The notes beneath the pieces are model-generated. The model saw only the letters and a list, made by a program, of their open reading frames with translations. It was not told the DNA's origin and did no database searches. Positions 37,548-47,540 of a stretch of 64,000 nt of DNA are shown here, in pieces. The translations under genes and the position numbers were made by a program. Each line of letters begins with the position of its first letter. The first letter of the stretch is position 1. The stretch is from Elusimicrobia bacterium RIFOXYD2_FULL_34_15 (GTDB taxonomy: Bacteria; Elusimicrobiota; UBA8919), in the NCBI GenBank assembly GCA_001800605.1, contig MGVS01000068.1, positions 14,028 through 78,027 of the forward strand, written 5' to 3'.

Positions 37548-38945
37548 ATGAACGATGCTAAAAACGAACTAAACGAAAAATTAATAATAGAATTAATGAA
37601 AAAATATAATGATGATTTATTTCCTATGTATGTGGAATTTCCGCACAAGAGTTTCTGGTCAGAAAAACTTAAAGAAGAAGATTATAAAAATGCCCTGAAA
37701 AATTTATTTTCTACTGATTATAAAAAAAAAGCTCCTTTATTGTTATATGTCCATATTCCTTATTGTCCTAAACAATGCTGGTTTTGCATATGCTATTCAA
37801 AAGTAACAAAAGATTACGAACAAGTAAAAAGGTATCTGGATTATCTTTTCCGGGAAATAGATATGTTAAAAAAGTTTTTTGACGAAAACGGAATAACACC
37901 TAACTTTCACGATATACATCTGGGCGGCGGTTCACCTACATATTTAAAAGAAGAAGATTTTGACAGTTTAATCGAAAAATTGAAATCTATTGTTGACTTC
38001 AAAAATATCAGAGAATTCACAATTGAGATTGATCCGAGAGCGGTTACGGGAGAAACACTGAAGTATTATCATTCAAAAGGGATTAACAGGATATCCCTCG
38101 GCATACAGGATTTTGACCCGGAAGTTCAAAAAGCGGTAAATAGAATACAGCCGGTCGAACTGATAGAAAAATTACTTACGCCTGAAATAAGAAAAAACTT
38201 CAGCGGCGTTAATTTTGACATACTATGCGGCCTGCCCAGGCAAACCAGAGAATCTTTCAGAAAAACAATAGAAACAGTTATAAAACTTTCGCCGGACCGT
38301 ATTTGCAACGTATTTGTCACCTACGCTACCAGCTATAGAAAACATCAAAAATTGATTAAAGAAAAGGAAGTTCCGGATATTTATGAAAGAACAATACTAT
38401 TTTATGAATCAGTCCAAACGCTTATAAAAAACGGTTATGTCCGTATAGGATTTGATCACTTTGCAAAATCTACGGATCAACTGGCAAAAGCATTCTCAAA
38501 CAAGTCTATTCATTGGAATGGTTTAGGTTATAGGGCAGGGGAGTTCATGGATACAATAGGTATCGGAACAAGCAGTGCAAGCCGGGTTACACCTTATTAT
38601 TATTCGCAAAACTATTATGAATTGCCTTTGTATGAAAAAGCTATTGACGAAGGTAAATTACCCATATACCGCGGATATAAAATGAATTCAAATGATGTTA
38701 TCCGACGGGAAATTATACATACGATGCGAAGTTTCTTTTCTCTTGATTTCCATAAAATTGAACAGTTATATAATATCAAATTCAAAGAATATTTTAAAAA
38801 AGAACTTAAAACTTTACAAATTTTTGAAAAAGATAATTTATTAAATGTCTCCGATGATATGATCGATATTACAGAACTTGGAAAATATTTTATATATCAA
38901 ATATGTCAAGTCTTTGACACTTATATTCCGTATAAATCAAAATAA
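37548..38945 (+). CDS. HemN-like (class C) radical SAM enzyme, coproporphyrinogen-III-oxidase family
   Basis: Start placed at ATG 37548, which lies 8 nt after GAGGAG. The track ORF begins at 37518. YVHIPYCPKQCWFCICY is a HemN-type Cx3Cx2C motif. Length (~465 aa) and the HemN_C-like tail also fit. Confidence 0.75.
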   Translation: MNDAKNELNEKLIIELMKKYNDDLFPMYVEFPHKSFWSEKLKEEDYKNALKNLFSTDYKKKAPLLLYVHIPYCPKQCWFCICYSKVTKDYEQVKRYLDYLFREIDMLKKFFDENGITPNFHDIHLGGGSPTYLKEEDFDSLIEKLKSIVDFKNIREFTIEIDPRAVTGETLKYYHSKGINRISLGIQDFDPEVQKAVNRIQPVELIEKLLTPEIRKNFSGVNFDILCGLPRQTRESFRKTIETVIKLSPDRICNVFVTYATSYRKHQKLIKEKEVPDIYERTILFYESVQTLIKNGYVRIGFDHFAKSTDQLAKAFSNKSIHWNGLGYRAGEFMDTIGIGTSSASRVTPYYYSQNYYELPLYEKAIDEGKLPIYRGYKMNSNDVIRREIIHTMRSFFSLDFHKIEQLYNIKFKEYFKKELKTLQIFEKDNLLNVSDDMIDITELGKYFIYQICQVFDTYIPYKSK

Positions 38946-38946
38946 T

Positions 38947-38973
38947 GAGATTGTTGAAAAACCCAACAATCTC
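38947..38973 (+). terminator. Perfect 10-bp inverted repeat (GAGATTGTTG-N7-CAACAATCTC) directly after the stop codon, followed by TGATTTC
   Basis: Seen directly in the sequence. The downstream T-tract is weak. Confidence 0.45.
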
Positions 38974-38996
38974 TGATTTCAATGATTAAACGACAA

Positions 38997-39111
38997 GATT
39001 ACACAGATTAGTACCAGACTGCAGTATCTGTGTAATCGGTGTTAAAAATCCCTGCCTGCCGGTAGGCAGGTGTGTAATCAGATATAATGAACATTATATC
39101 AGGAGTTTTAT
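38997..39111 (+). promoter_or_regulatory. Structured leader/repeat element copy B (GATTACACAGAT / ATCTGTGTAATC 12-bp inverted repeat, CCTGCC..GGCAGG palindrome, TATAAT 39083-39088, AGGAG RBS)
   Basis: 60-bp core 39030-39089 is identical to copy A. Sits upstream of the epimerase gene at 39112. Confidence 0.6.
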
Positions 39112-40107
39112 ATGATTAAGGATGAAGTATTATCAAGTTTTAAAAATAAAAATGTTCTGGTAACAGGCGGAACAGGGCTAATCGGAAGACAAGTGGTTGA
39201 TATTTTGAGCAACGCCGGAGCAAATATTAAAATAGTTTCTCTGGATAAAATAAAAGTAAATAATAAAGCTGAGCATATCATAGGTGATCTTACAAGTTTT
39301 GATTATTGCAAGGAAATAACAAAAGATATCGATTTTGTATTCCATTTGGCAGGCATTAAAGGTTCTATAGAAATAACAGAAAAAAAACCTGCAAGTATTT
39401 TTGTAACTATTTTGATGATGAATACAAATGTCCTTGAAGCTTGCAGAATAAATAAAGTAAAAAAGCTTGTATATACGAGCACTATCGGGACATATTCAAG
39501 TGCAGAAATATTTAAGGAATCGGAATATCGCCTGGACAGCATGCCCATGGAATTTACAAGCTGGAGCAAAAGAATGGCTGAACTGCAAATACAGGCTTAT
39601 AAAACTCAATATAATATGAATAATTTCGCTATAGTAAGGCCTGCTAACATATACGGACCCGGCGACAATTTCGATCCAAAAAATGCTATGGTAATACCAT
39701 CTCTTATGTACCGCATATATTCAAAAGAAGATCCTTTGATGGTGTGGGGCGACGGAACCGCTATAAGAGATTTCGCATTCAGCAGAGATGTCGCTGAAGG
39801 AGTTATACTAGCCCTGTATCACGGTACAAAATCATCTTTTGTAAATCTTGGCAGTAGTAAAGGTACTTCTATAAAAGAATTAGTTGAAACTCTACACAGT
39901 TTTATCGATTTCAATTATAAATTTGATACTACTAAACCTGCAGGCTTCCCGAGAAGGGTTATGGATATTTCTTTGGCAAAAAAAATAATTGATTATAATC
40001 CCACAACTTCCCTGGCAGACGGCTTGAAGGAAACATGGAACTGGTTTTTGAAAAATAAGGACGAATATCTTCAGAAAAAAAATTATTTTACCGACAATAC
40101 TTTTTAA
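39112..40107 (+). CDS. NAD-dependent epimerase/dehydratase family protein
   Basis: 331 aa. VLVTGGTGLIGRQV Rossmann motif. Confidence 0.75.
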   Translation: MIKDEVLSSFKNKNVLVTGGTGLIGRQVVDILSNAGANIKIVSLDKIKVNNKAEHIIGDLTSFDYCKEITKDIDFVFHLAGIKGSIEITEKKPASIFVTILMMNTNVLEACRINKVKKLVYTSTIGTYSSAEIFKESEYRLDSMPMEFTSWSKRMAELQIQAYKTQYNMNNFAIVRPANIYGPGDNFDPKNAMVIPSLMYRIYSKEDPLMVWGDGTAIRDFAFSRDVAEGVILALYHGTKSSFVNLGSSKGTSIKELVETLHSFIDFNYKFDTTKPAGFPRRVMDISLAKKIIDYNPTTSLADGLKETWNWFLKNKDEYLQKKNYFTDNTF

Positions 40108-40118
40108 ATTGATATATC

Positions 40119-41348
40119 ATGGATAAATCTAAAACTTTATTTCTTACACATTCATTCAACGAATCTACAATTGATTCCGTTAATAATATTGCAAAAGTTA
40201 TGATGGATAATAATGTTTATTGTTTAGATTATATGGAGCTTTATTATAAATACGGATATCGCGGTTTTCAGAATTTTTTACTAAATTATATAGATAAAAA
40301 TAAAATTAATACTATTATTTTCGCTTATTATTCAGCCGATTTTTACTTTGATTTGTCATTTCTAGAAAAACTCAGGAAAAACGTTTTTTTGGTAAGAATC
40401 TCCGGTGACACGGAACATTTTTTTGAAGTAAAAGATCAATATGATGCGCAGACAATGGATTTAACCCTCGTTAACAGCCCTTTTGCACAAGCTAAATTGA
40501 AACAGATGGGTTTTAATTCAATTGTTTATTTTGAATGGTTTAATGGGGATAGGTTAAAAAAATATGAGAATATACAAAAAAATATTGACGTATCCTTTGT
40601 CGGACTTATAACTGGAAGGGAAAAAAGATCAAACTATATAAATTTCCTTTTAGATAACGGGATAAAAGTCCAATATTTCGGCTATGGTTCGCCTCACGGC
40701 ATAGTATCTATTGAAGAAAAAGCAAAAATTTTTAATAACAGTAAAATAAACCTGAATTTTAGCGATGTTGCGGAACAAACAATCTTAACCAGAAATCATA
40801 AAATATCCAGACATCTTAAAGGCATCAAAGGGAATAATTTTGAAATTGCCCTCTGCGGGGGATTCATATTGTCGGAATACGCATTTGGAATTGAAAACTT
40901 TTTTAAAATAGATAATGAAATAACCGTTTTCCACGGCAAGGCTGATTTGCTCGAAAAAATCAAATACTATCTTGCACATGAAAAAGAGAGGGAACAAATT
41001 GCATTAAACTGTTATGAAAAAGCGGTAAAGTATTTTAACGCGACATTAACTATCCCTAAATTGCTGTCGACAATAGACGAATTTAGAATGAAAAAAACTT
41101 ACTGTTCTACAGAGATATATCTTGACGAAGAATTTATCAGAAACCATACAACTTTCAGAGTTCTTTTAATATTGAAATTTTTAAAAACAGGAAAATTGAA
41201 ATTTGCATTAGAAGAATTAAATATTATTATAAAATATAGAAAACTCGACTGGTATCAAATATCTGAATTTTTAAAAGAAGAATTCTTGGATAGTTTTCCG
41301 AAAATTAAATCGGTATTAAAGTTTCTATTTAAAAAGAAAAAAGCATAA
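40119..41348 (+). CDS. CgeB-like glycosyltransferase (DUF3880 + Glyco_trans_1_2-like) / hypothetical
   Basis: 409 aa. The C-terminal region EIALCGGFILSEY...ITVFHGKADLLEKIKYYLAHEKEREQIALNCYEKAVKYF resembles the CgeB/Glyco_trans_1_2 family. Confidence 0.45.
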   Translation: MDKSKTLFLTHSFNESTIDSVNNIAKVMMDNNVYCLDYMELYYKYGYRGFQNFLLNYIDKNKINTIIFAYYSADFYFDLSFLEKLRKNVFLVRISGDTEHFFEVKDQYDAQTMDLTLVNSPFAQAKLKQMGFNSIVYFEWFNGDRLKKYENIQKNIDVSFVGLITGREKRSNYINFLLDNGIKVQYFGYGSPHGIVSIEEKAKIFNNSKINLNFSDVAEQTILTRNHKISRHLKGIKGNNFEIALCGGFILSEYAFGIENFFKIDNEITVFHGKADLLEKIKYYLAHEKEREQIALNCYEKAVKYFNATLTIPKLLSTIDEFRMKKTYCSTEIYLDEEFIRNHTTFRVLLILKFLKTGKLKFALEELNIIIKYRKLDWYQISEFLKEEFLDSFPKIKSVLKFLFKKKKA

Positions 41349-41359
41349 AAATATTATTT

Positions 41360-42535
41360 ATGGAAAAGAAAGAATTTAACATAGTTAAAAAAATTAAATT
41401 TACGCTTAAAAACCCGAAAATAGTCTTGTGGCTGATTAAATGTAGAATCAGAAACCTGATCTTTTCAAAATTCGGGTACAGATTCCTATCTGAACATAGC
41501 TCTCCTCCGGTCAACATATTTTTGTATCCTACCCTCAAATGCAATTTATTTTGCAAAATGTGCGATATAGGTTTTTCAAGAAAAAGTAAGTTGACCGATT
41601 CCTATAAAGATATCTCGTTAAAAGATGAACTCAGCGCAGATAAGTACGAACCTTTCATAAAAGAACTGACTCAATTCAAACCAAATATTTCAATAACTGG
41701 TGGAGAACCTCTTCTATATTCTGATTTGAAAAATCTTTTATACCTTTTAATTTCTAAATATAAATTAACAACATCCATTATTACTAACGGTTTATTGTTA
41801 GAAAAAAACGCAGAAATGCTGGTTGATGCCGGCCTTCGCGAACTAATGATTTCAATTGATGGGCTCGACGAAACCGTTGATAAGATCCGCGGCGTTAAAG
41901 GCTTGTTTAAAAAAACTGTTTCCGGATTAGAAAAAGTTTTGGAACTCAAAAAAATTCAAAATAGCCGTTTAAAAATAATATTAAATTTTACGATAACACC
42001 TATAAATGTTTCCGAATTAGTAAAATTTGTGGAATTCTTCTCAAAATATGACATTGAATCAATAACATTTTTTCATATGCTTTTCAAAACTAATGAAATG
42101 ATAAGCCAGTATACCTGCCAATATCCTAACATGAGCAATGAATATATCCTTAAACCGTCCTCAATATCAGAAATAAATCCGAAAGATATGGATATTGACA
42201 TCTTAAGACATGAAATCGAGCAAATTAAAACCAAATATTCAAAATATAAAATAAATTTCGCTCCTGAAATTTTAGGCAATAATTTAAATGTTCACTATCA
42301 GGAACATGATAAATTTACATTTAGAAAAAAATGCTTTATGCCGTGGAACAATGCGTATATAGCAGCTAACGGTGATGTCCAAACATCATTATTGTGTTTT
42401 CATAAAATTATGGGAAATATTTTGAAGGAACCTTTTTTAAAAATCTGGAATAATGAGGAGTATAAAAAATTAAGGAAATTGCTGATTAAAGAAGGTGCCT
42501 TTCCGGTCTGTTCAAGATGCTGCAACATTTTTTAG
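41360..42535 (+). CDS. Radical SAM protein with SPASM-like C-terminal cysteine-rich domain
   Basis: 391 aa. YPTLKCNLFCKMC (Cx3Cx2C). C-terminal CFMPW...C.....FPVCSRCCN auxiliary-cluster-like motifs. Confidence 0.7.
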   Translation: MEKKEFNIVKKIKFTLKNPKIVLWLIKCRIRNLIFSKFGYRFLSEHSSPPVNIFLYPTLKCNLFCKMCDIGFSRKSKLTDSYKDISLKDELSADKYEPFIKELTQFKPNISITGGEPLLYSDLKNLLYLLISKYKLTTSIITNGLLLEKNAEMLVDAGLRELMISIDGLDETVDKIRGVKGLFKKTVSGLEKVLELKKIQNSRLKIILNFTITPINVSELVKFVEFFSKYDIESITFFHMLFKTNEMISQYTCQYPNMSNEYILKPSSISEINPKDMDIDILRHEIEQIKTKYSKYKINFAPEILGNNLNVHYQEHDKFTFRKKCFMPWNNAYIAANGDVQTSLLCFHKIMGNILKEPFLKIWNNEEYKKLRKLLIKEGAFPVCSRCCNIF

Positions 42536-42572
42536 ATTTAAAATATTCAAAATTATAACTTAAGGTGTAAAT

Positions 42573-44063
42573 ATGATTGCTCTTGTAAATATTACCTCAA
42601 AATTTCGCGGAGTAGAAGATACTACCAGACCTCCGTCTGGACTGTTGTATTTGGGCAACTCTCTTAAAAAAGCGGGATATGAAGTGACAGTTTTTCACAT
42701 TGTTGAAAATGAAATTGATGAGACAGTTGAAAAAATTATTAATTTAAAACCTTCATATGTAGGGTTTTCCGTCTTTACCGGATACCCTTGTTATACTTCG
42801 TCAATAATGTCCAAAAAAATAAAAGAACGCAACAGCAATATTCCGGTCATCTGGGGCGGTATACATCCTTCTCTCACTCCTGAAGAATGCTTAAAAGAAA
42901 AATTCATAGATTTAGTGGTTATTGGTGAAGGCGAAGAAACAATTCTTGAGTTAAGTCAAGAACTTTTAGGAAATCATAATTATGAAAATATTAAAGGAAT
43001 AGGTTATAAAAAAGCAGGGGCAATTAAAATAAATCCGCGAAGAGAACTTATTGCAAACTTAGACAATTATAAAATGGACTGGTCATTAGTTAATATAAAT
43101 AATTATATTCGACCGGGCAGCGATAACGAAAAAACACTATGCTTTATTACATCCAGAGGATGTCCGTTCAATTGCGGATTTTGTTATAACGAAAAATTCA
43201 ATAACCGCAAATGCCGCGCTCACTCAATTGATTTTGTCATTAATGAAGTAAAAGCGTTAAAAGAAAAGACTGGGATAACAAGAATATCCTTTGACGATGA
43301 TCATTTTATGGTTAATATTAAAAGAGGTTTTTCAATTTTATCGGAGTTAAAAAAAATAGGAATTACATGCGATTGGATGGAATTTCACCTGGATTTCGTG
43401 ACTAATGAAAACATGGAAAAATTAGCAGATTTGGGCGTAAAAAGGATTTTCTTCGGTTGGGAATCAGGGAATAACAGGATACTGAAGTTAATCAATAAAC
43501 ACTTTACAAAAGAAATTATATTAGATAAATGTAAAATTCTGGCTAAATTCCCGAACATAAACTATGATGCATCCGCTATTATAGGTTTTCCTACGGAAAC
43601 TTGGAAAGATGTAGCAATTACGATAGATACGGCATTGGAAATGGCAGAAATTCTACCGAATGTCAATTTTAATTTAGGAACTTATATGCCTTACCCCGGT
43701 ACTCCTCTTTATAATTTAACAATTAAAGAAGGATTCAACCCGCCGACAAATGTCGAGGGATGGAAAGAATTTGATATGCTTGAAGGTAAAGTCAATATTG
43801 ACTGGCTGCCATGGGCAAATATTAAAACAAAAAAAATATTTTCTTTAATAGATGCTTACGCAAAATGCTTGGATGTTCCAAAAAAAATGTCTGAAAAGAA
43901 AAGTATGTTTAAAAGAACCGGAAAATTATTTCTTTACTTTTTAGCAAAGTGGCGTTTAAAAAGAAAGTTCTTTCTTTTTCCTTTTGAAATATATTTTTAT
44001 GCGTTATGGATGAAAAAAAGCATTGCCAGAAATATAAAAAAATTTAAAACAAGTAATAACTAA
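42573..44063 (+). CDS. B12-binding domain radical SAM enzyme
   Basis: 496 aa. VIWGGIHPS and VIGEGEET B12-domain motifs. CPFNCGFC radical-SAM motif. Confidence 0.85.
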   Translation: MIALVNITSKFRGVEDTTRPPSGLLYLGNSLKKAGYEVTVFHIVENEIDETVEKIINLKPSYVGFSVFTGYPCYTSSIMSKKIKERNSNIPVIWGGIHPSLTPEECLKEKFIDLVVIGEGEETILELSQELLGNHNYENIKGIGYKKAGAIKINPRRELIANLDNYKMDWSLVNINNYIRPGSDNEKTLCFITSRGCPFNCGFCYNEKFNNRKCRAHSIDFVINEVKALKEKTGITRISFDDDHFMVNIKRGFSILSELKKIGITCDWMEFHLDFVTNENMEKLADLGVKRIFFGWESGNNRILKLINKHFTKEIILDKCKILAKFPNINYDASAIIGFPTETWKDVAITIDTALEMAEILPNVNFNLGTYMPYPGTPLYNLTIKEGFNPPTNVEGWKEFDMLEGKVNIDWLPWANIKTKKIFSLIDAYAKCLDVPKKMSEKKSMFKRTGKLFLYFLAKWRLKRKFFLFPFEIYFYALWMKKSIARNIKKFKTSNN

Positions 44064-44069
44064 AAATAT

Positions 44070-45176
44070 ATGCATATTACACTCATTATTTCTTCTTTAT
44101 CACCGGGCGGTGCAGAGAAAGTCATGGCTGCTATGGCTAACTACTGGGCAGGAAATAATCAGGATATAACATTAATAACTTTCGATTCAAGAAACAGTGA
44201 CTCTTACATTTTTAATGACAGGATAAAACGGCATGCTTTGGAACTATTAACAGACTCAAAAAATATTTTGGAAAGCCTTGCTAATAATTATAAACGCATT
44301 AAACGCCTGCGTAGCATACTTGTTGATTCCAAACCGGATATAATTATAAGTTTCATTGATAAAACAAATATTCTTGCTATTTTATCCAACATAGGGCTAA
44401 AATATCCGTTAATTATATGTGAAAGAGTAAACCCGAGAAAATACCGCATAGGCCGGTTCTGGCGCTTACTACAAAAAATGTTATATCCGCTATCCGATGC
44501 TTTAGTTGTACAAACAGAGGCTACAAAATTATGGTTTAAACAGAAATTGAAATTCCCGGAAGAAAAAACTTATGTGATACCAAATCCTGTTATTATTTCT
44601 TCTCAAAATAGTAAAAATATTATAAAAGAAAAATTAAACATCATTTCTATGGGAAGATTAGTCCGGCAAAAAGGATTTGATATTCTTTTAGACTCTTTCT
44701 CTAAAATAGCTGAAAAATATCCTGACTGGACGCTAACGATAATAGGTAAAGGTGAAGAAGAGAATAATTTAAAATCTCAGGCAAAATATCTTGGGATTGA
44801 AAAACAGGTCATTTTTACAGGATTTATAAAAAATCCTTTCGAATACCTTCAAAATGCGGATTTATTTGTTATGCCGTCCCGTTTTGAAGGTTTTCCAAAT
44901 GCACTTATAGAAGCGATGTCTTATGGTTTAGCAGCAATCAGTTTTAATTGCCCAAGCGGCCCGTCTGATATAATCAGAAATGGTACGGACGGTATTTTAG
45001 TAAATTGTGAAGATACTGACGGATTGACTGCCGCAATGGATGATTTAATGTCAAATAAAGAAAAAAGAGGACAGTTTTCCAAACGGGCAAGAGAAGTAAG
45101 CGAGCGGTTCAAACTGGAAAAAATAATAGGAATGTGGAATAATTTATTAGAAGAAGTTATCCGGAGAAAAAAATGA
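44070..45176 (+). CDS. Glycosyltransferase family 4 (GT-B)
   Basis: 368 aa. GGAEKV N-terminus. EGFPNALIEAMSYGLAAIS motif. Confidence 0.8.
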   Translation: MHITLIISSLSPGGAEKVMAAMANYWAGNNQDITLITFDSRNSDSYIFNDRIKRHALELLTDSKNILESLANNYKRIKRLRSILVDSKPDIIISFIDKTNILAILSNIGLKYPLIICERVNPRKYRIGRFWRLLQKMLYPLSDALVVQTEATKLWFKQKLKFPEEKTYVIPNPVIISSQNSKNIIKEKLNIISMGRLVRQKGFDILLDSFSKIAEKYPDWTLTIIGKGEEENNLKSQAKYLGIEKQVIFTGFIKNPFEYLQNADLFVMPSRFEGFPNALIEAMSYGLAAISFNCPSGPSDIIRNGTDGILVNCEDTDGLTAAMDDLMSNKEKRGQFSKRAREVSERFKLEKIIGMWNNLLEEVIRRKK

Positions 45177-45973
45177 ATGAAAAAAGTAATGAGCGGTTCA
45201 AATTTGGTGACAACTGGAAACATTTTTTAAAACATCTAGACAATGAGCGGATATCGTCAGCTGAAAAATCACTTCGTGAAATGTTGGAAACAGATAATTT
45301 AAAAAAGAAAAATTTCATTGATGTCGGTTCCGGCAGTGGGTTATTTTCGCTTGCTGCCATGAATTTAGGCGCTGAAAGCGTTTTTTCATTTGACTATGAT
45401 ACACAAAGTGTCGCATGCACAAAAGAAACCAAGCAAAGGTATTTACCAAATGCTAAAAACTGGAATATTGAACAGGGTTCTGTATTAGACCAGGATTATC
45501 TAAAAAAGCTCGGACAGTTTGATATAGTTTATTCGTGGGGTGTTTTACATCATACAGGTGAGATGTGGAAAGCGCTAGAAAATGTCATTCCTCTAGTGAA
45601 AAACGGCGGTAAATTATTTATAGCTATATATAATGATCAGGGTGGAACTAGTCAGCGATGGAAAAAAGTTAAAATTCTTTACAATAAATTACCCAAAGTT
45701 TTAAAATTCTTATATGTAGTTTTAATAATGATTCCTTTCGAATTTAAATACGCTTTGGCACGCTTATTAAAAGGCAAATCTCCGTTTCCTCCGAAAGATG
45801 AACGGGGAATGAAAAAATATTACGATTGGGTAGACTGGATCGGCGGGTATCCGTTTGAAGTTGCAAAACCAGAAGAAATTTTTCAGTTTTACAAGAATAA
45901 AGGATTCCTGCTAGAGAAACTAAAAACTTGCGGCGGCGGTTTGGGAAATAATGAGTTCGTATTTATAAGATGA
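45173..45973 (+). CDS. Class I SAM-dependent methyltransferase
   Basis: 266 aa. Motif I DVGSGSGLFSLAAMNLGAESVFSFDYD. Confidence 0.8.
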   Translation: MNEKSNERFKFGDNWKHFLKHLDNERISSAEKSLREMLETDNLKKKNFIDVGSGSGLFSLAAMNLGAESVFSFDYDTQSVACTKETKQRYLPNAKNWNIEQGSVLDQDYLKKLGQFDIVYSWGVLHHTGEMWKALENVIPLVKNGGKLFIAIYNDQGGTSQRWKKVKILYNKLPKVLKFLYVVLIMIPFEFKYALARLLKGKSPFPPKDERGMKKYYDWVDWIGGYPFEVAKPEEIFQFYKNKGFLLEKLKTCGGGLGNNEFVFIR

Positions 45974-47538
45974 ATAAAAACTTGTCAGAAAAAAACTTTC
46001 ATATAGTTATAATATCACTGTATAGTTACGGTGCTTTTGGTAGCAGGATTTTAAAAGATATTTTGAAAAACAACGGTTATACGGTATCATGCATATATTT
46101 CAAGAAAGACAAAACTAACTCCATGGGATTACCGTCAGAACACGAAAACACTTTATTATTAGAACTTATTAAGAAACTAAAACCCAACCTTATCGGTATT
46201 AGTACTCGTTCCACATTTTTTCCTGTTGCAAAAGATATTACAAAAAAAATGAAAGATATCACTAATTCACCTATAATTTGGGGAGGGGCTCATCCGACAA
46301 TCTGTTCGGAAGAATCAATTCAATTCGCGGATATGATTTGTATCGGCGAAGGTGAAAAAACAATACTTGAATTAGCAAATAAACTTTATAAACACGAGGA
46401 TATTTCCAAAATTAAAGGTCTCTGGGTTAAAAATAACAATTCTATTATAAAAAACGAACCCAACTTTTTATTTGAGGATTTAAATACATTGCCTTTTCCT
46501 GATTTTGACAATAAAGATACTTACGCGATTGAAAACAACTGTATTATTGAACACGATCCGTTATATAACGACGATTTGACATATTATAATTTTATGAGCG
46601 GAAGGGGATGTCCTTTCCATTGTTACTTTTGCAGTAACAGCATATTAAAAAAAATCTTTGATGACAAAGGACATTTTATAAGACAAAGAACCGTCGAAAA
46701 TGTCATTGAAGAATTAAAAATTGCAAAAAATCGCTTTAAAAAACTTAAAGTTGTTTCAAGTAATGACGAGGTTTTTACATTAAACAAAGAATGGCTGAAA
46801 GAGTTCTGCGAAAAATATAAAAAAGAAATTGGTTTACCCTTTCACTGCGATATACATCCGAATTACGTAAATGAAAACATAATAGAATATTTAAAATACG
46901 CCGGCTTGAAAACAATTACAATGGGAATACAGAGTGGCTCCGAAAGAATACGTACGGATTTATACGGCAGAAAAACACCTGATGCGATACTGGAAAAAAA
47001 TGCTCAAATTCTCAAAAAATTTAAAATATTTCCTTCTTTTGACCTGATATTTGATAATCCCCTTGAAACTGAGAATGACATAAAAACAACTTATGAATTC
47101 ATGTTAAAATTGCCAAGACCTTATAGAATAAATATGTATTCAATGCAACATCATCCAAAAACAAAACTAACGGAAATGCTTTTAAATGAAAAGCTAATAA
47201 CCTCAAACGATGTAGATGGTATTTCTACTAAGGGATTTGATCAATGGCATGTAAATTTTGATTATAAAAAAAGTAAACCGGAATTAATACATTACTACAA
47301 ACTTTTTGAATTATTATCCAGTTTTATTGTATTAAGTAAAAATAATCCGGGAAAGGTAATTTTTGTTTTTCCAAAGTGGTTTATCCGTTTTATTGAAAAT
47401 AGTAAATTTTTCAAAAGATACCCTCGCTCAACCGATTGGATAGCATTAATGCCTAAGATAACTTTTGGTTTGGGTTTATTAATTCAGGGAGAATATAAAA
47501 GATTATTCAAAAGTGCTAAGAGTTTTTTAGCGAATTAA
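45970..47538 (+). CDS. B12-binding domain radical SAM enzyme
   Basis: 522 aa. IIWGGAHPT and CIGEGEKT B12-domain motifs. CPFHCYFC radical-SAM motif. Confidence 0.85.
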   Translation: MNKNLSEKNFHIVIISLYSYGAFGSRILKDILKNNGYTVSCIYFKKDKTNSMGLPSEHENTLLLELIKKLKPNLIGISTRSTFFPVAKDITKKMKDITNSPIIWGGAHPTICSEESIQFADMICIGEGEKTILELANKLYKHEDISKIKGLWVKNNNSIIKNEPNFLFEDLNTLPFPDFDNKDTYAIENNCIIEHDPLYNDDLTYYNFMSGRGCPFHCYFCSNSILKKIFDDKGHFIRQRTVENVIEELKIAKNRFKKLKVVSSNDEVFTLNKEWLKEFCEKYKKEIGLPFHCDIHPNYVNENIIEYLKYAGLKTITMGIQSGSERIRTDLYGRKTPDAILEKNAQILKKFKIFPSFDLIFDNPLETENDIKTTYEFMLKLPRPYRINMYSMQHHPKTKLTEMLLNEKLITSNDVDGISTKGFDQWHVNFDYKKSKPELIHYYKLFELLSSFIVLSKNNPGKVIFVFPKWFIRFIENSKFFKRYPRSTDWIALMPKITFGLGLLIQGEYKRLFKSAKSFLAN

Positions 47539-47540
47539 TT

